The position numbers and the translations under genes were made by a program. Below, piece after piece: positions 1 to 9,864 of a stretch of 64,000 nucleotides of DNA. The first letter of the stretch is position 1. Each line of letters begins with the position of its first letter. Origin of the DNA: Candidatus Eiseniibacteriota bacterium (GTDB lineage Bacteria > Eisenbacteria > RBG-16-71-46 > CAVPCR01); contig CAWGMA010000001.1 in assembly GCA_963823555.1 (NCBI GenBank), forward strand, positions 1,696,001-1,760,000, given 5' to 3'. The notes below the pieces were generated by a model. It saw only the letters and a list, made by a program, of their open reading frames with translations, was not told where the DNA came from and ran no database searches.

Positions 1-1982
1 CTGGATTGGGCGCCGCGCTCTACGGCCCTCTCCTGTTCTTCGAGAGCCGGCTACTCGCACCCAGTCTCATCCTGTTCCTGAACGTCGCCGGCCTCGTGGC
101 GCTCGACCGGGCGCGGGCGAGTACACGTCTCGGCCCGCGCGTGCTGGCCGGCGTTCTGTTCGGGCTCGCCGCGCTCGCCCGCCCCGATGCTTTCCTCGTC
201 GCGCTCGTGCTCGGCGTGGGACTCGGGGTCATGGAACGGCGACAGGCACCGTCGCCAGCGGGGCGGCGGGCCGCCGGAAGGCGGGCCGTGGCCTTTCTCG
301 CCGCGGCGCTTCTCGTGACGCTCGCCGCCACCGCACGCAACTGGATCGTCGCCCGCGACCTGGTCTGGGTGAGCTCCAATGGCGGCATCAATTTCTATCT
401 CGGCAACAACGCCGAGTCGGATCAGACGATCGAGATCCGACCCGGCCTCGAGTGGGCGGCTCTGGTCGAGAGACCGCATCTGGAAGCCGGCCTCACCCGG
501 GCCTCCGATCGCTCGCGCTTCTTCTACCGCGAGGCCGGTCGCTTCATCCGGCAGGAGCCGCTGGCCTGGGCCTCGCTCATGGCCAAGAAGACAGCCCGCT
601 TCTTCGCCGGCTACGAGATCCGACGAAATGAGGATGCCTATGAATTCCGGCGGGAATCTCGGCTCCTGAGTTTCCTCCTGTGGCGGGCCGGCTCCTTCGG
701 CTTTCCCTTCGGCCTCGTCTCGCCCCTGGCGCTCATGGGTGCCGTACTGCTCTGGCCGCGCCGGCGCGATCTCGCCCACGTCTATCTGTATGCCGGGGCC
801 TATGCGCTCGCTGTCATCGCCTTCTTCGTCACGGCTCGCTACCGGCTCCCCGTCGTTCCCGCCCTTCTCATTCTGGCGGCAGGGGCGGTGGACTGGGTGC
901 TGGCCCGGCGCCGCGTGCCCGGGACCGTGTTCCGCTTCGCCCTCGTCGGGATCGCCCTGGCCCTCATCCTCAACCTGAATGCGGCCACGCCGCGCATCGA
1001 TGCGTCCGGCGAGTACTGGCGGCTCTTCGCGACCGCCGAGTTCGAGCGCGGGAACTACGCGCAGGCCATCGTGGCGCAGGCGCGGGCACTCGAAGCCGAC
1101 CCGGAGCGTGCCGAGCTGCACTACGACCAGGGGATCTACCTGGCCGCTGCCGGAGACACCGCCGGCGCCGTGGCGGCCTATCGCCAGGCGATCGCGCTCG
1201 CTCCGGACTTCGGCGAGCCCAAGGTCAACCTCGGGAACTTGCTGGTCCGTGCGGGCGACTATCGCACGGCGGTACGGCTGTTCATCGAGGCCGCGGTCAC
1301 CGACCCCAACCTCGTCCCGGCCCAGATCGCCGTGGGCAACGCCTTTCTCAACTCGGGTCACCCCGACTCGGCCCTGGCCCGCTTCGATCGCGCCGCAACA
1401 CTGGATCCTGAAAGCGTGGAAGCGGTCCGCGGGCGGATCGCCGCCCTCATGGGCCTCGGGCGTGGCACGGAGGCCGTGGACGCCGCCCGCGAAGCGATCG
1501 TCCGCTTCGGCGAGCGGCCCGATCTCCTTGCCGCGCTGGGGCGAGCGCTCAAGGGTGTCGGGCGCAACGAGGAGGCGGTGGCCGCCCTGGGCGCCTCCCT
1601 GCGGGCCGAGCCGGGCCAGGCTGAGACCTGGGTCGCGCTCGGGCAGTGCTACCGTAATCTGGGGCAACTCGAGGATGCCGCCGAGGCGCAGAAGCAAGCC
1701 ATTGCCCTCGCCCCCGGTCTGGTCGCGGCGCACGTCAACCTGGCCGATGTCCAGGCGCGCCGCGGGTTCTATGATCAGGCCATCGCCTCCCTGCAACAGG
1801 CGCTCGCCCTCGATCCCTACAACGAAGCCGCGGCCTACAACCTGGCCGTCGTCCATGCGGAACTGGGCGAAGATCGGCAGGCGATCGCTCTCCTCGAGCA
1901 GCTGCTGCTCAGGAATCCAGAGCACGGACCCGCACAGCACGCGCTGGCTCGACTTCGCGGGGAGGAGGTCCCTCACCCCTAG
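1..1982 (+). CDS. Membrane glycosyltransferase (GT-C fold, PMT/ArnT-like) fused to C-terminal TPR repeats; 5' end lies outside the window
   Basis: Multiple hydrophobic TM segments, loop SSNGGINFYLGNN, FFVTARYRLP motif, then roughly nine TPR-like helical repeats (e.g. AVAAYRQAIALAPDF, AIASLQQALALDPYN). Confidence 0.8.
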   Translation, partial: GLGAALYGPLLFFESRLLAPSLILFLNVAGLVALDRARASTRLGPRVLAGVLFGLAALARPDAFLVALVLGVGLGVMERRQAPSPAGRRAAGRRAVAFLAAALLVTLAATARNWIVARDLVWVSSNGGINFYLGNNAESDQTIEIRPGLEWAALVERPHLEAGLTRASDRSRFFYREAGRFIRQEPLAWASLMAKKTARFFAGYEIRRNEDAYEFRRESRLLSFLLWRAGSFGFPFGLVSPLALMGAVLLWPRRRDLAHVYLYAGAYALAVIAFFVTARYRLPVVPALLILAAGAVDWVLARRRVPGTVFRFALVGIALALILNLNAATPRIDASGEYWRLFATAEFERGNYAQAIVAQARALEADPERAELHYDQGIYLAAAGDTAGAVAAYRQAIALAPDFGEPKVNLGNLLVRAGDYRTAVRLFIEAAVTDPNLVPAQIAVGNAFLNSGHPDSALARFDRAATLDPESVEAVRGRIAALMGLGRGTEAVDAAREAIVRFGERPDLLAALGRALKGVGRNEEAVAALGASLRAEPGQAETWVALGQCYRNLGQLEDAAEAQKQAIALAPGLVAAHVNLADVQARRGFYDQAIASLQQALALDPYNEAAAYNLAVVHAELGEDRQAIALLEQLLLRNPEHGPAQHALARLRGEEVPHP

Positions 1983-2097
1983 GCGAGAAAGAGATGCTGG
2001 TCCGCTCCCGGCTCGCGCTCTATCTCCTGCCGGGACGGATCCTGGACGCGGGGCTCACGGCTCAACCGGTCGGCACCGCCGAGGGCCGGGAGCGTTG

Positions 2098-3407
2098 TCA
2101 GCTCTTCACCATCGATGATCTGCGCCGGCGGTAGCTGCGCGCGAGCTCGAGGAAGATGCCGAGATCGCGATCGAGGTGGGACTGAGTGCCGTCGAAGTAG
2201 AAGATGCGAACCGGAATCCCGTCGTGGTCGCGACTCAGCTTGGGATACACCGCCTCGGATACGATCCCGTTCATGCACGTGAACGGACTGATGTCGATGA
2301 TCCCGTCGCAACCCTTCGACCAGAGATAGACCGCCTTGCCGACGTTGAGCACCATCTCGCCGTAGACTCCCTCGGCGGGCAGATACGGCTCGGCGAGATC
2401 GGTCACGGCGGCGATCGATGATGGCTCCTCGCGCCCCGCAAAGAGCGCGTGGAATGGCTCGATCAGGGCGTGCTCGTCACGGCGCTGGAACTTCTCCTTG
2501 AGGAAGGCCACGAGCATCCTCTTGCTCCAGCGCTCGCCGGCATAGGGCAGCCATTTCCGCCGTTGCTCGAGATTGGTGTAGTAGATCCACTCGGTGAGGT
2601 CGGAGATCCAGGCCTCTCCACCCTGTTCCTCGAGGCGCCGGATCAGCTCCTCGTTGCTGAAGGTGTTGAGGCGACAGAAGATCTCACCGACGATTCCGAT
2701 GAGAAGGCGCTCCTCGTGCCGCTGCGGGATCGCGGCGAAACGCGCTGCGGCCTGCGTCAAGTGCCTGCGAGCGCCGCCATCATCTCCTTGCCCGATCGAC
2801 CGCCCTGCTCGAGCTCTCGTTCGACCGCGGCGACGGCACTGGCATGAACGGCATCCGTCATCCCTCGTTCCGCCTCGTAGGGGCGAACGCGCAACAGGGC
2901 CTTGCGCAGGATATCGGCGACCAGAAGGGAGCGCCACAGAGCTCGCTGCAGACCGCGGGTATCGATCCCCAGCTCCTGGTAGCCGCTCGTACTCGATGGC
3001 GAGACCACCAGCGCCGCTTCGGCTCCGACCGAGTCGAGGACGCGACGAAGGAACGGCGCGTACTGCCCGAAACGACAGGGCCCGGGAGCGTGCGGCATGA
3101 AGAAGGCGATCCGCTCGGGCTGAGCACCCGGAGCCATGACGATCTTGAGCGCGTCGCCGAGCGTGAGCCGCTCCGGGAAGCACTCCTCGCCCGACGTGTA
3201 GCGCCCTCCGAGCTCCAGCGTCTCGCCGTCCGAGGCGGGGAACGGCACCGCGTTGAGCCCGAATGCGCGCAGGGTGGCGGTGAAGCAGCGCGCCGAGCTC
3301 ACGCTCATCCGCGGCACGTAGAGCACCCGCTCGCGCAGAGGCGGGCCCTCGACGGCACGGTCGTTCGGGAACTCCACGGCACCCCCAGGTGCCGGCGGCC
3401 GGTTCAT
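2098..3407 (-). pseudogene. CoA-enzyme activase partner / 2-hydroxyacyl-CoA dehydratase-like protein, interrupted by one frameshift near 2760
   Basis: The ATG at 3407 overlaps the upstream stop (ATGA). The N-half (GEECFP, GPCRFGQY) stops at 2757. The C-half (IGIVGEIFCRLNTFSN, ISPFTCMNG, FYFDG) continues in another frame to 2098. May be a sequencing error rather than a true pseudogene. Confidence 0.75.
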
Positions 3408-6400
3408 TTCACCGGTATCCCGGCGCCGTCGCGGGCGCTCCGGGCATCTCCCGGGGCATGACGCCTGACCAGGGTGCCCCCGCCGTGGCCCTCTTCTCCC
3501 CGCCCGCCCGGCTCGGGTCCGAGAGCCTCCGTCGCTTCGCCCCCCCCCGCCACCTCTTCCTTCCAGCGCCGGAGGAACCCCTGGCTGTCGAGATAAGCCT
3601 CGACTCGCGTCAGCATGCCGGCGTCGTTGGCGTGTCCATCGAACTGCAAGGTCAGAAAGGCCTGCCCGAACGCGTCGCGGACGAAATGCTTGATGTAGGA
3701 ATCCGGCCCGCACTTGAAGTTGGTGATGTAGATGAGATGCAGGTCGGAGTGCTGCGCGGCCTCGCGGCATGCGGCGAGGATCTTTCGTCCGTAACTCCAG
3801 AACATGTTCGCGTTGACGTCTTCGAGGGTGCGGTCATCGGCGGACAGGAACTCGAGCGGCAGGACGTTGACCCCGTAAAGATCGCGGAGCTTGCGCGGGA
3901 CATCGAGGTTGACGACGGAATCGAACAGGTTGTAGGGCCGGCCGACCAGCAGCACCGCCGGTTCGCGAGTCGCCTTGAGCGTGGCGAGTGCCTCCTGGCC
4001 GGCCTCCCGGACCCGTTGCCGGAAGCCGGCGAGCGCCGCTTCCCCGGCGCGGAGCGCCCGCTCGACCTCGCGCCGCCTGACCCCGTAACGGCGAAGCGAG
4101 TCGTGGAGCGGCTCGACGAGCGCCGAGCGTCCAGCCCGGAAGCGGATCAACGGATGCACGATGCGCTCGGCTTCCGCCTCGAAGGTGTCGGCCGCACACA
4201 GAACATAGGGCAACGTCATCACCCAGGGACAGAAGAAGCTCTGGATGTCCGGGTGCGTACCCTCCGCGTTCACGTAGTTGGGGACGAAGATGAAATCCGT
4301 GTCGTCGATGGCGAGCGCGGCCTGGACATGACCATGCGCGACCTGGATCGGGAAGCAGGGCTCCGCCACGGCGGCCTCGACCCCGTCGTGGGCGATCGCT
4401 CGGTTGGTCTCCGGCGTCAGCTCGACGCCGAACCCGAGTTCCCTGAAGAACGCGTTCCAGAACGGGAATCGATCGTGGAAGTAGAGGGCGCGCGGGAAGG
4501 CGACCTTGCCGCGCCGGCCCCGGCCCGGGGCGTAGTCGGAGAGGAGCCAGGCCTTCCGCTCCCGGACCAGATCGTCGATCACGGGCTGGTGCTCCACCTT
4601 GGAGCGCCGCCGGTAGCGGTCGCCGCATTGATCGCCCCAGTACGTCTTCTCTCCTTCGACACGGAACTCCTGCATGTCGCAACGGTTCTCGCAGGCCCGG
4701 CAGGTGAACTCACGGATGCGGTAGTCGACCTGGCCCAGATCCCAACCCCTGAACCGGGTACCGCCGGCGAGGGTGGGCTCCTTCTCCCAGGCGAGGAGTG
4801 CGGCACCGACCGCCCCGATCACGCCGTTGTAGGGCGGAACGATGATCTCGCGGTCCAGGATCTCGGCAAAGGCTGCGGCCACCGCATCGTTGTAGGCCGT
4901 GCCACCCTGAAAGAAGATGGTGCCGTCGATCTTGCGTCCCCGCACGACCCGATTGATGTAGTTCGTGGCCACCGACAACGCGAGTCCGGCGAGCAGATCA
5001 TCGGTCGCCGCACCACGCTGCTGGTACGCGTTCACGTCGCGCTCCATGAACACCGTGCAGCGCTCGCCGAGACGGACCGGCGTCGTCGAGGCCAGGGCCC
5101 GGCTGGCGAACTCACCCTTGATGCAGACCCCGAGCTCCTCGGCACGCTCCTCGAGGAAGGAGCCGGTACCGGCGGCACAGGCCTCGTTCATGGCGAAGTC
5201 GACGACCACACCGTCCTCGATGCGGATGTACTTGGCGTCTTGCCCGCCGATCTCGAAGATGGTGTTGACCTCACCACCCAGCATGGTGCGGGCGATGAAC
5301 GCAGCACCGGTCTTGTGGGCGGTGATCTCGTCGTTGATGGTGTCGGCTCCGACCAGCTCGCCGATGAGCTCGCGCCCCGACCCGGTCGTTCCCACGGCGC
5401 GTACGGCGACGCGCGCCCCCAGCTCGGCCTCGAGTTCGGCGAGAGCCGCCGTCACCACTTCGACCGGACGCGCCTGGGTCCGCGTGTAGATCTCGCGAAC
5501 TACGCGGCCCTCACGATCGAGAAGGACCACATTGGTCGACACCGATCCGATGTCGATCCCCAGCGTGACCTCGACCGGATGGCCGTTCGATGGTAGAGCG
5601 AAGGGCCGCAGCCGATCGCGGAGGCTCACCACCTTCGTCATCGATAGGCGGCGACTGCGGGGGATCCCCGCGGATTCGAGGGCCGAGCCGGCGAGGTCGC
5701 CGACGGCGAGCGCGCGATGCTCCGCGGCCGCTGCCTCCCGAACGGCGCAACCGATGGCCGCATGGGCGGCGTGGTGTACCGGCACGCGGAGGTCATCGCC
5801 GAGAGCGAAGGTCTCACCAAGGGCGCTGACCACCATGGCGTTCGCCGCCACCCCACCGACGAAGAGCACCGGCGGGCGCGGGGTCTTGCCCTTGGCCACC
5901 GCGGCGTTGAAGTTGCGCGCCACCGTCTCGCAGAGCCCGCGCAGAACCTCGGGCGGGAGGTAGCCCTTCTGCTGAGCATGGATCATGTCGCTCTTCGCGA
6001 ACACCGAGCAGCGCCCGGCGATCTTGGCCGCCCGCTCGCTGTCGCACGCAATGCGACCGACCTCCTCGATGTCGTAGCGGAGGCGACCCGCCTGTTGATC
6101 GAGGAAGGACCCGGTGCCGGCGGCACAATCGCCGTTCGTCTGATAGTCGACGATGGCGAACTCCCCGGATATCGGGTCGGGCTCGAAGACGAGCATCTTC
6201 GAGGATTCCCCGCCGATCTCGAAGAGCGAACGCGCCTCAGGATCCACGACCCAGGTGGCTTGCGCCAGGGCCCGGAATTCGTTCTCCTCCGGCAGGCCGA
6301 GCGCCCGCGCAACCAGGGCTCCACCCGAACCGGTGACCCGCACGCCATCGACGCGACCATGCGGCAACCGAGCCAAGATGTGGGCCAGGAGCTCTCGCGC

Positions 6401-6604
6401 CGCCTCCAGCGGACGGCCCTTGATCCGGCGGTACGAAGTGATACTGACGGCGGCCGGACTCCCCGAAAGCTCAAAGCGGAGGGGAGTGGGATGCCAAACG
6501 GGAGATGATCCCGCGAGCTTGCTCACGAGGTCGGCATCATGCCCGCTTCCCAGAATGGCGGCCTTGATTCCGACCGCACCCAAGTCGAGTCCGAGATACA
6601 CCAC
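3404..6604 (-). CDS. CoA-substrate-specific enzyme activase (two BadF/BadG/BcrA/BcrD ASKHA ATPase domains + DUF2229-like C-terminus)
   Basis: Duplicated motifs GLDLGAVGIK/GIDIGSVSTN, EIGGESSK/EIGGQDAK, CAAGTGSFL twice, RCSVF/RCTVF; Cys cluster CRACENRC..GDQC; C-terminal NFKCGPD. Confidence 0.9.
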   Translation of the reverse strand: MVYLGLDLGAVGIKAAILGSGHDADLVSKLAGSSPVWHPTPLRFELSGSPAAVSITSYRRIKGRPLEAARELLAHILARLPHGRVDGVRVTGSGGALVARALGLPEENEFRALAQATWVVDPEARSLFEIGGESSKMLVFEPDPISGEFAIVDYQTNGDCAAGTGSFLDQQAGRLRYDIEEVGRIACDSERAAKIAGRCSVFAKSDMIHAQQKGYLPPEVLRGLCETVARNFNAAVAKGKTPRPPVLFVGGVAANAMVVSALGETFALGDDLRVPVHHAAHAAIGCAVREAAAAEHRALAVGDLAGSALESAGIPRSRRLSMTKVVSLRDRLRPFALPSNGHPVEVTLGIDIGSVSTNVVLLDREGRVVREIYTRTQARPVEVVTAALAELEAELGARVAVRAVGTTGSGRELIGELVGADTINDEITAHKTGAAFIARTMLGGEVNTIFEIGGQDAKYIRIEDGVVVDFAMNEACAAGTGSFLEERAEELGVCIKGEFASRALASTTPVRLGERCTVFMERDVNAYQQRGAATDDLLAGLALSVATNYINRVVRGRKIDGTIFFQGGTAYNDAVAAAFAEILDREIIVPPYNGVIGAVGAALLAWEKEPTLAGGTRFRGWDLGQVDYRIREFTCRACENRCDMQEFRVEGEKTYWGDQCGDRYRRRSKVEHQPVIDDLVRERKAWLLSDYAPGRGRRGKVAFPRALYFHDRFPFWNAFFRELGFGVELTPETNRAIAHDGVEAAVAEPCFPIQVAHGHVQAALAIDDTDFIFVPNYVNAEGTHPDIQSFFCPWVMTLPYVLCAADTFEAEAERIVHPLIRFRAGRSALVEPLHDSLRRYGVRRREVERALRAGEAALAGFRQRVREAGQEALATLKATREPAVLLVGRPYNLFDSVVNLDVPRKLRDLYGVNVLPLEFLSADDRTLEDVNANMFWSYGRKILAACREAAQHSDLHLIYITNFKCGPDSYIKHFVRDAFGQAFLTLQFDGHANDAGMLTRVEAYLDSQGFLRRWKEEVAGGGEATEALGPEPGGRGEEGHGGGTLVRRHAPGDARSARDGAGIPVK

Positions 6605-6771
6605 GACTTCAGGCCCTTGAATCCATAAGTTCCTGCGTGAATATGGCAGCTGTCCTTCCGGGCTCCACCGGGGGGGGTGCCGCCGCAGAGGCTACGGGTT
6701 GAGAACCACAAGTGCAAGCGTTGTATGATGGGTCGTCGTCTGGACCGAGGACCGAGGGGGGGAACGACGTC

Positions 6772-7923
6772 GTGAAGCGATGGATCCGCCGCATCGGCAT
6801 TCTGGCCGCGCTCGTTGCCGCTGTGGTCCTGCTGCGCCTTACCGTATTCCGCCCGGCTCCGGTGCCGGTCACGGTCTTCGCCGTCGATCGCGGCCGAGTC
6901 GAGTCGACGGTCGTCAATTCCCGCGCCGGCACGGTGCATTCCCGCAACGAAGCGCAGCTCAGCCCCGGGCTGAGCGGCGCCATCAAGGAGATTCGTGCCG
7001 AGAAGGGCAGCCGTGTCCGGAAAGGCGACCTGCTACTCCGCCTCGACGACGCCGAGTACCGCGCCCAGGTGCGGCTCTCGGAGCGCGCGCTCGACGCGGC
7101 CCGAAGCAGCGAACACGAGGCTTGCCTGACCGCCGAGCAAGCGGAACGGGAACTCGCGCGAAGCCGGAGCCTCTTCGCCAAGGGCTTCGTCTCGGATAGC
7201 GGGATCGAGAGAGCGCAGACCGACCGGGATGTCGCTGCCGCCGGATGCACAGCGGCGACCGAGCGCGTCAAGCAGGCGGCAGCCGCCCTGGCTGCGGCCC
7301 AGGCCACCCTCGACAAGACGGTCCTCGCTGCCCCCTTCGATGGCGTCGTCGCCGACGTCCGGGCGGAGGAAGGCGAATGGATCAGCCCGTCGATGTCGGG
7401 CCTCATGATCCCACCCGTCATCGATATCGTCGATCCTGACCACCTCTATGTCCGCGCCCCGCTCGACGAGGTCGACGCGGGGCGCATCGCCATCGGGCTC
7501 CGCGCCCGGATCACCATGGACGCTTTCCCCGACCGCACCTTCCTCGGAACGGTGAGCTGGATCGCTCCCAAGGTCGACGCGCGGGAAGAACAGAACCGCG
7601 TTCTCCCCGTCGAGTGCACATTCGACGCCGAGGACGATCTCGACAGGGTCCTGCCCGGCCTCTCGGCCGATATCGAGGTGATCCTCGATGCGCGCGACGA
7701 CGTGCTGCGGATCCCGAGCTATGCCCTACTCCAGGGCGACAAGGTCCTGGTGATCAACTCCGGGAAACTCACCGAGGAAGAAGTCAGGGTCGGCCTCAAG
7801 AACTGGTCCTACGCCGAGATCCAGAGCGGCCTCGAGGCGGGCCAAAAGGTCGTTGTCTCCCTCGACCGGGCCGAGGTGCGAGCGGGGGCCCGGGCCGAGA
7901 TCCGCGATGAGCTCGCGCCGTGA
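6772..7923 (+). CDS. Efflux periplasmic adaptor subunit (MacA/HlyD family)
   Basis: N-terminal TM anchor, lipoyl-like motifs (EKGSRVRKGDLLLRLD, APFDGVV), coiled-coil hairpin; GTG start after a G-rich RBS; upstream of ABC genes. Confidence 0.88.
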   Translation: MKRWIRRIGILAALVAAVVLLRLTVFRPAPVPVTVFAVDRGRVESTVVNSRAGTVHSRNEAQLSPGLSGAIKEIRAEKGSRVRKGDLLLRLDDAEYRAQVRLSERALDAARSSEHEACLTAEQAERELARSRSLFAKGFVSDSGIERAQTDRDVAAAGCTAATERVKQAAAALAAAQATLDKTVLAAPFDGVVADVRAEEGEWISPSMSGLMIPPVIDIVDPDHLYVRAPLDEVDAGRIAIGLRARITMDAFPDRTFLGTVSWIAPKVDAREEQNRVLPVECTFDAEDDLDRVLPGLSADIEVILDARDDVLRIPSYALLQGDKVLVINSGKLTEEEVRVGLKNWSYAEIQSGLEAGQKVVVSLDRAEVRAGARAEIRDELAP

Positions 7924-7930
7924 GCCCGCC

Positions 7931-8629
7931 ATGATCGAGCTCGAGGACATCTCCCGCACATTTGACGTCGGCGGCCGACCCGTGCACGCGCTCCAGGACG
8001 TCGATATCCAGATCGGCGACGGCGAGTACGTCGCCATCATGGGGCCCTCCGGCTCCGGAAAGTCGACCCTCCTCAACATTCTCGGCTGCCTCGACCGCCC
8101 GTCGTCCGGCCACTACCGGCTCGACGGTCAGGATGTCGCTCCGATGTCGGAACGCGAGCTATCGCGGATCCGCGGCCACAAGATCGGCTTCGTGTTCCAG
8201 TTCTTCCATCTGATTCCGCGTCTCAAGGCGCGGGAGAACATCGAGCTGCCCATGATCTTCGCCGGGATCGAGCCCCGCGAGAGGCGGCGCCGCATCGATC
8301 GAGCGCTCGACGCCGTGGGCCTCCCCGAGCGGGCCGACCACCGTCCGGAACAGCTCTCCGGCGGCGAGCGGCAACGAGTGGCCATCGCTCGCGCCATTGT
8401 CATGGAACCCTCGATTCTGCTAGCCGACGAACCGACCGGAAACCTGGATACCGACTCCGGCAATGAGATCGTGAAGCTGATCGAGGGCCTCAATGCCAAC
8501 GGCCTCACCCTCATCATCGTGACCCACGACCCGGAGATCGGTAGCCGGGCGCGCCGACTCATCCGACTGCGTGACGGGCACAAGGTCCTGGACGAGGCGA
8601 ACCGCGGAGCACCCGATGACCGGCAGTGA
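7931..8629 (+). CDS. ABC transporter ATP-binding protein (MacB/LolD type)
   Basis: Walker A GPSGSGKS, signature LSGGERQRVAIARA, Walker B ILLADEPTGNLD, H-loop VTHD. Confidence 0.93.
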   Translation: MIELEDISRTFDVGGRPVHALQDVDIQIGDGEYVAIMGPSGSGKSTLLNILGCLDRPSSGHYRLDGQDVAPMSERELSRIRGHKIGFVFQFFHLIPRLKARENIELPMIFAGIEPRERRRRIDRALDAVGLPERADHRPEQLSGGERQRVAIARAIVMEPSILLADEPTGNLDTDSGNEIVKLIEGLNANGLTLIIVTHDPEIGSRARRLIRLRDGHKVLDEANRGAPDDRQ

Positions 8630-9821
8630 CATCCTCCGGTTCAGCACGGGCGCGCTGCGTGGCCACCGGCTGCGAACCGCGCTCTCGCTCCTGGGTGTCG
8701 CGATCGGCGTCGCCTCGGTGATCCTGCTCACCAGTCTCGGCGAGGGCGCCAGGCAGTACGTGATGGGCGAGTTCGCCGCGCTCGGATCGAATCTCGTGAT
8801 CGTGGTGCCGGGGAAGACCGAGACCAGGGGCATGGCTCCCCTCCTCAGCGAGGCGCCGCACGACCTGACGATGGCTGACTTGCGGGCCCTCGAGCGCCGC
8901 ATCCCCCTCATCCGCGAGACCGCTCCGCTGGCCCTCGGCACCGCGCCCGTGAGCCACGGATCACGCAGCCGGCAGATCCCGGTCATCGGCACCACGGCTC
9001 CCTTCATCCGCGTCCGCCGGCTCCATCTGGGCCTGGGCCGCTTCCTGCCGCCCGGTGAGGCCGGGGAGGACAGCCGCCTGTGCGTGATCGGCGCCAAGGT
9101 CCAGAGCGAGCTCTTTCCGGGTCAGAACCCGCTCGGCCAGAGCATCCGGGTGGCCGACTACCGTTTCCGTGTGATCGGAGTCATGGCCTCGACGGGCACC
9201 TCGATCGGAATGAACATCGACGACATGGTCGTGGTGCCGGTGGAAACCGCCCTCAGGATCTTCAATCAGACCAGCCTGTTCCGGATCCTGGTTGAAGCCA
9301 ATGCGTACGATGATCTGGACCATGTCCAGGAGGAAGTGATCTCGGTCCTCAAGGAGCGCCACGACGGCGAGGAGGATGTCACCGTCCTCACCCAGGACTC
9401 GGTGCTGTCCACCTTCAGCGACATCCTGGGCATGCTCACCGCCGTCCTGGTCGGCATCGCGGCGATCTCACTCAGCGTGGCCGGGATCGGCATCATGAAT
9501 GTGATGCTGGTCACGGTGGTGGAGCGAACCCGGGAGATCGGGCTCCTCAAGGCTCTGGGCGGGACCCGCTCCCAGATCGTCCTCGTGTTCCTGGTGGAAG
9601 CGGCGATCATCTCGCTGTGCGGCGGACTCGCGGGCCTGGCCGTGGGCATCGGCGCCGGGCAGCTGGCTCGGCACTTCCTCCCGGATTTCCCCATCCAGCC
9701 GCCGCTGTGGGCAGTGGCCGCCGCGGTCGCGATCTCGATCCTGGTGGGAGTCGTCTTTGGCGCCCTTCCGGCTCGCCGCGCGGCGCGGCTCGACCCGGTG
9801 GCGGCGCTGGCACGACGGTAG
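8616..9821 (+). CDS. ABC transporter permease (MacB/FtsX type)
   Basis: LRTALSLLGVAIGVASVI, periplasmic domain, GIGIMNVMLVTVVERTREIG, PARRAARLDPV. Confidence 0.92.
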   Translation: MTGSDILRFSTGALRGHRLRTALSLLGVAIGVASVILLTSLGEGARQYVMGEFAALGSNLVIVVPGKTETRGMAPLLSEAPHDLTMADLRALERRIPLIRETAPLALGTAPVSHGSRSRQIPVIGTTAPFIRVRRLHLGLGRFLPPGEAGEDSRLCVIGAKVQSELFPGQNPLGQSIRVADYRFRVIGVMASTGTSIGMNIDDMVVVPVETALRIFNQTSLFRILVEANAYDDLDHVQEEVISVLKERHDGEEDVTVLTQDSVLSTFSDILGMLTAVLVGIAAISLSVAGIGIMNVMLVTVVERTREIGLLKALGGTRSQIVLVFLVEAAIISLCGGLAGLAVGIGAGQLARHFLPDFPIQPPLWAVAAAVAISILVGVVFGALPARRAARLDPVAALARR

Positions 9822-9864
9822 AGGGTGTGACGGTGGACCTCAGGAGCATCATCGAGGAGCGCCC

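Noticed and set aside
2020..2096. Inverted repeat CGCTCCCGGC / GCCGGGAGCG as a MITE or REP
   Set aside because: Short, GC-rich, with no target-site duplication or convincing full second copy; more likely a terminator-like structure between convergent genes.
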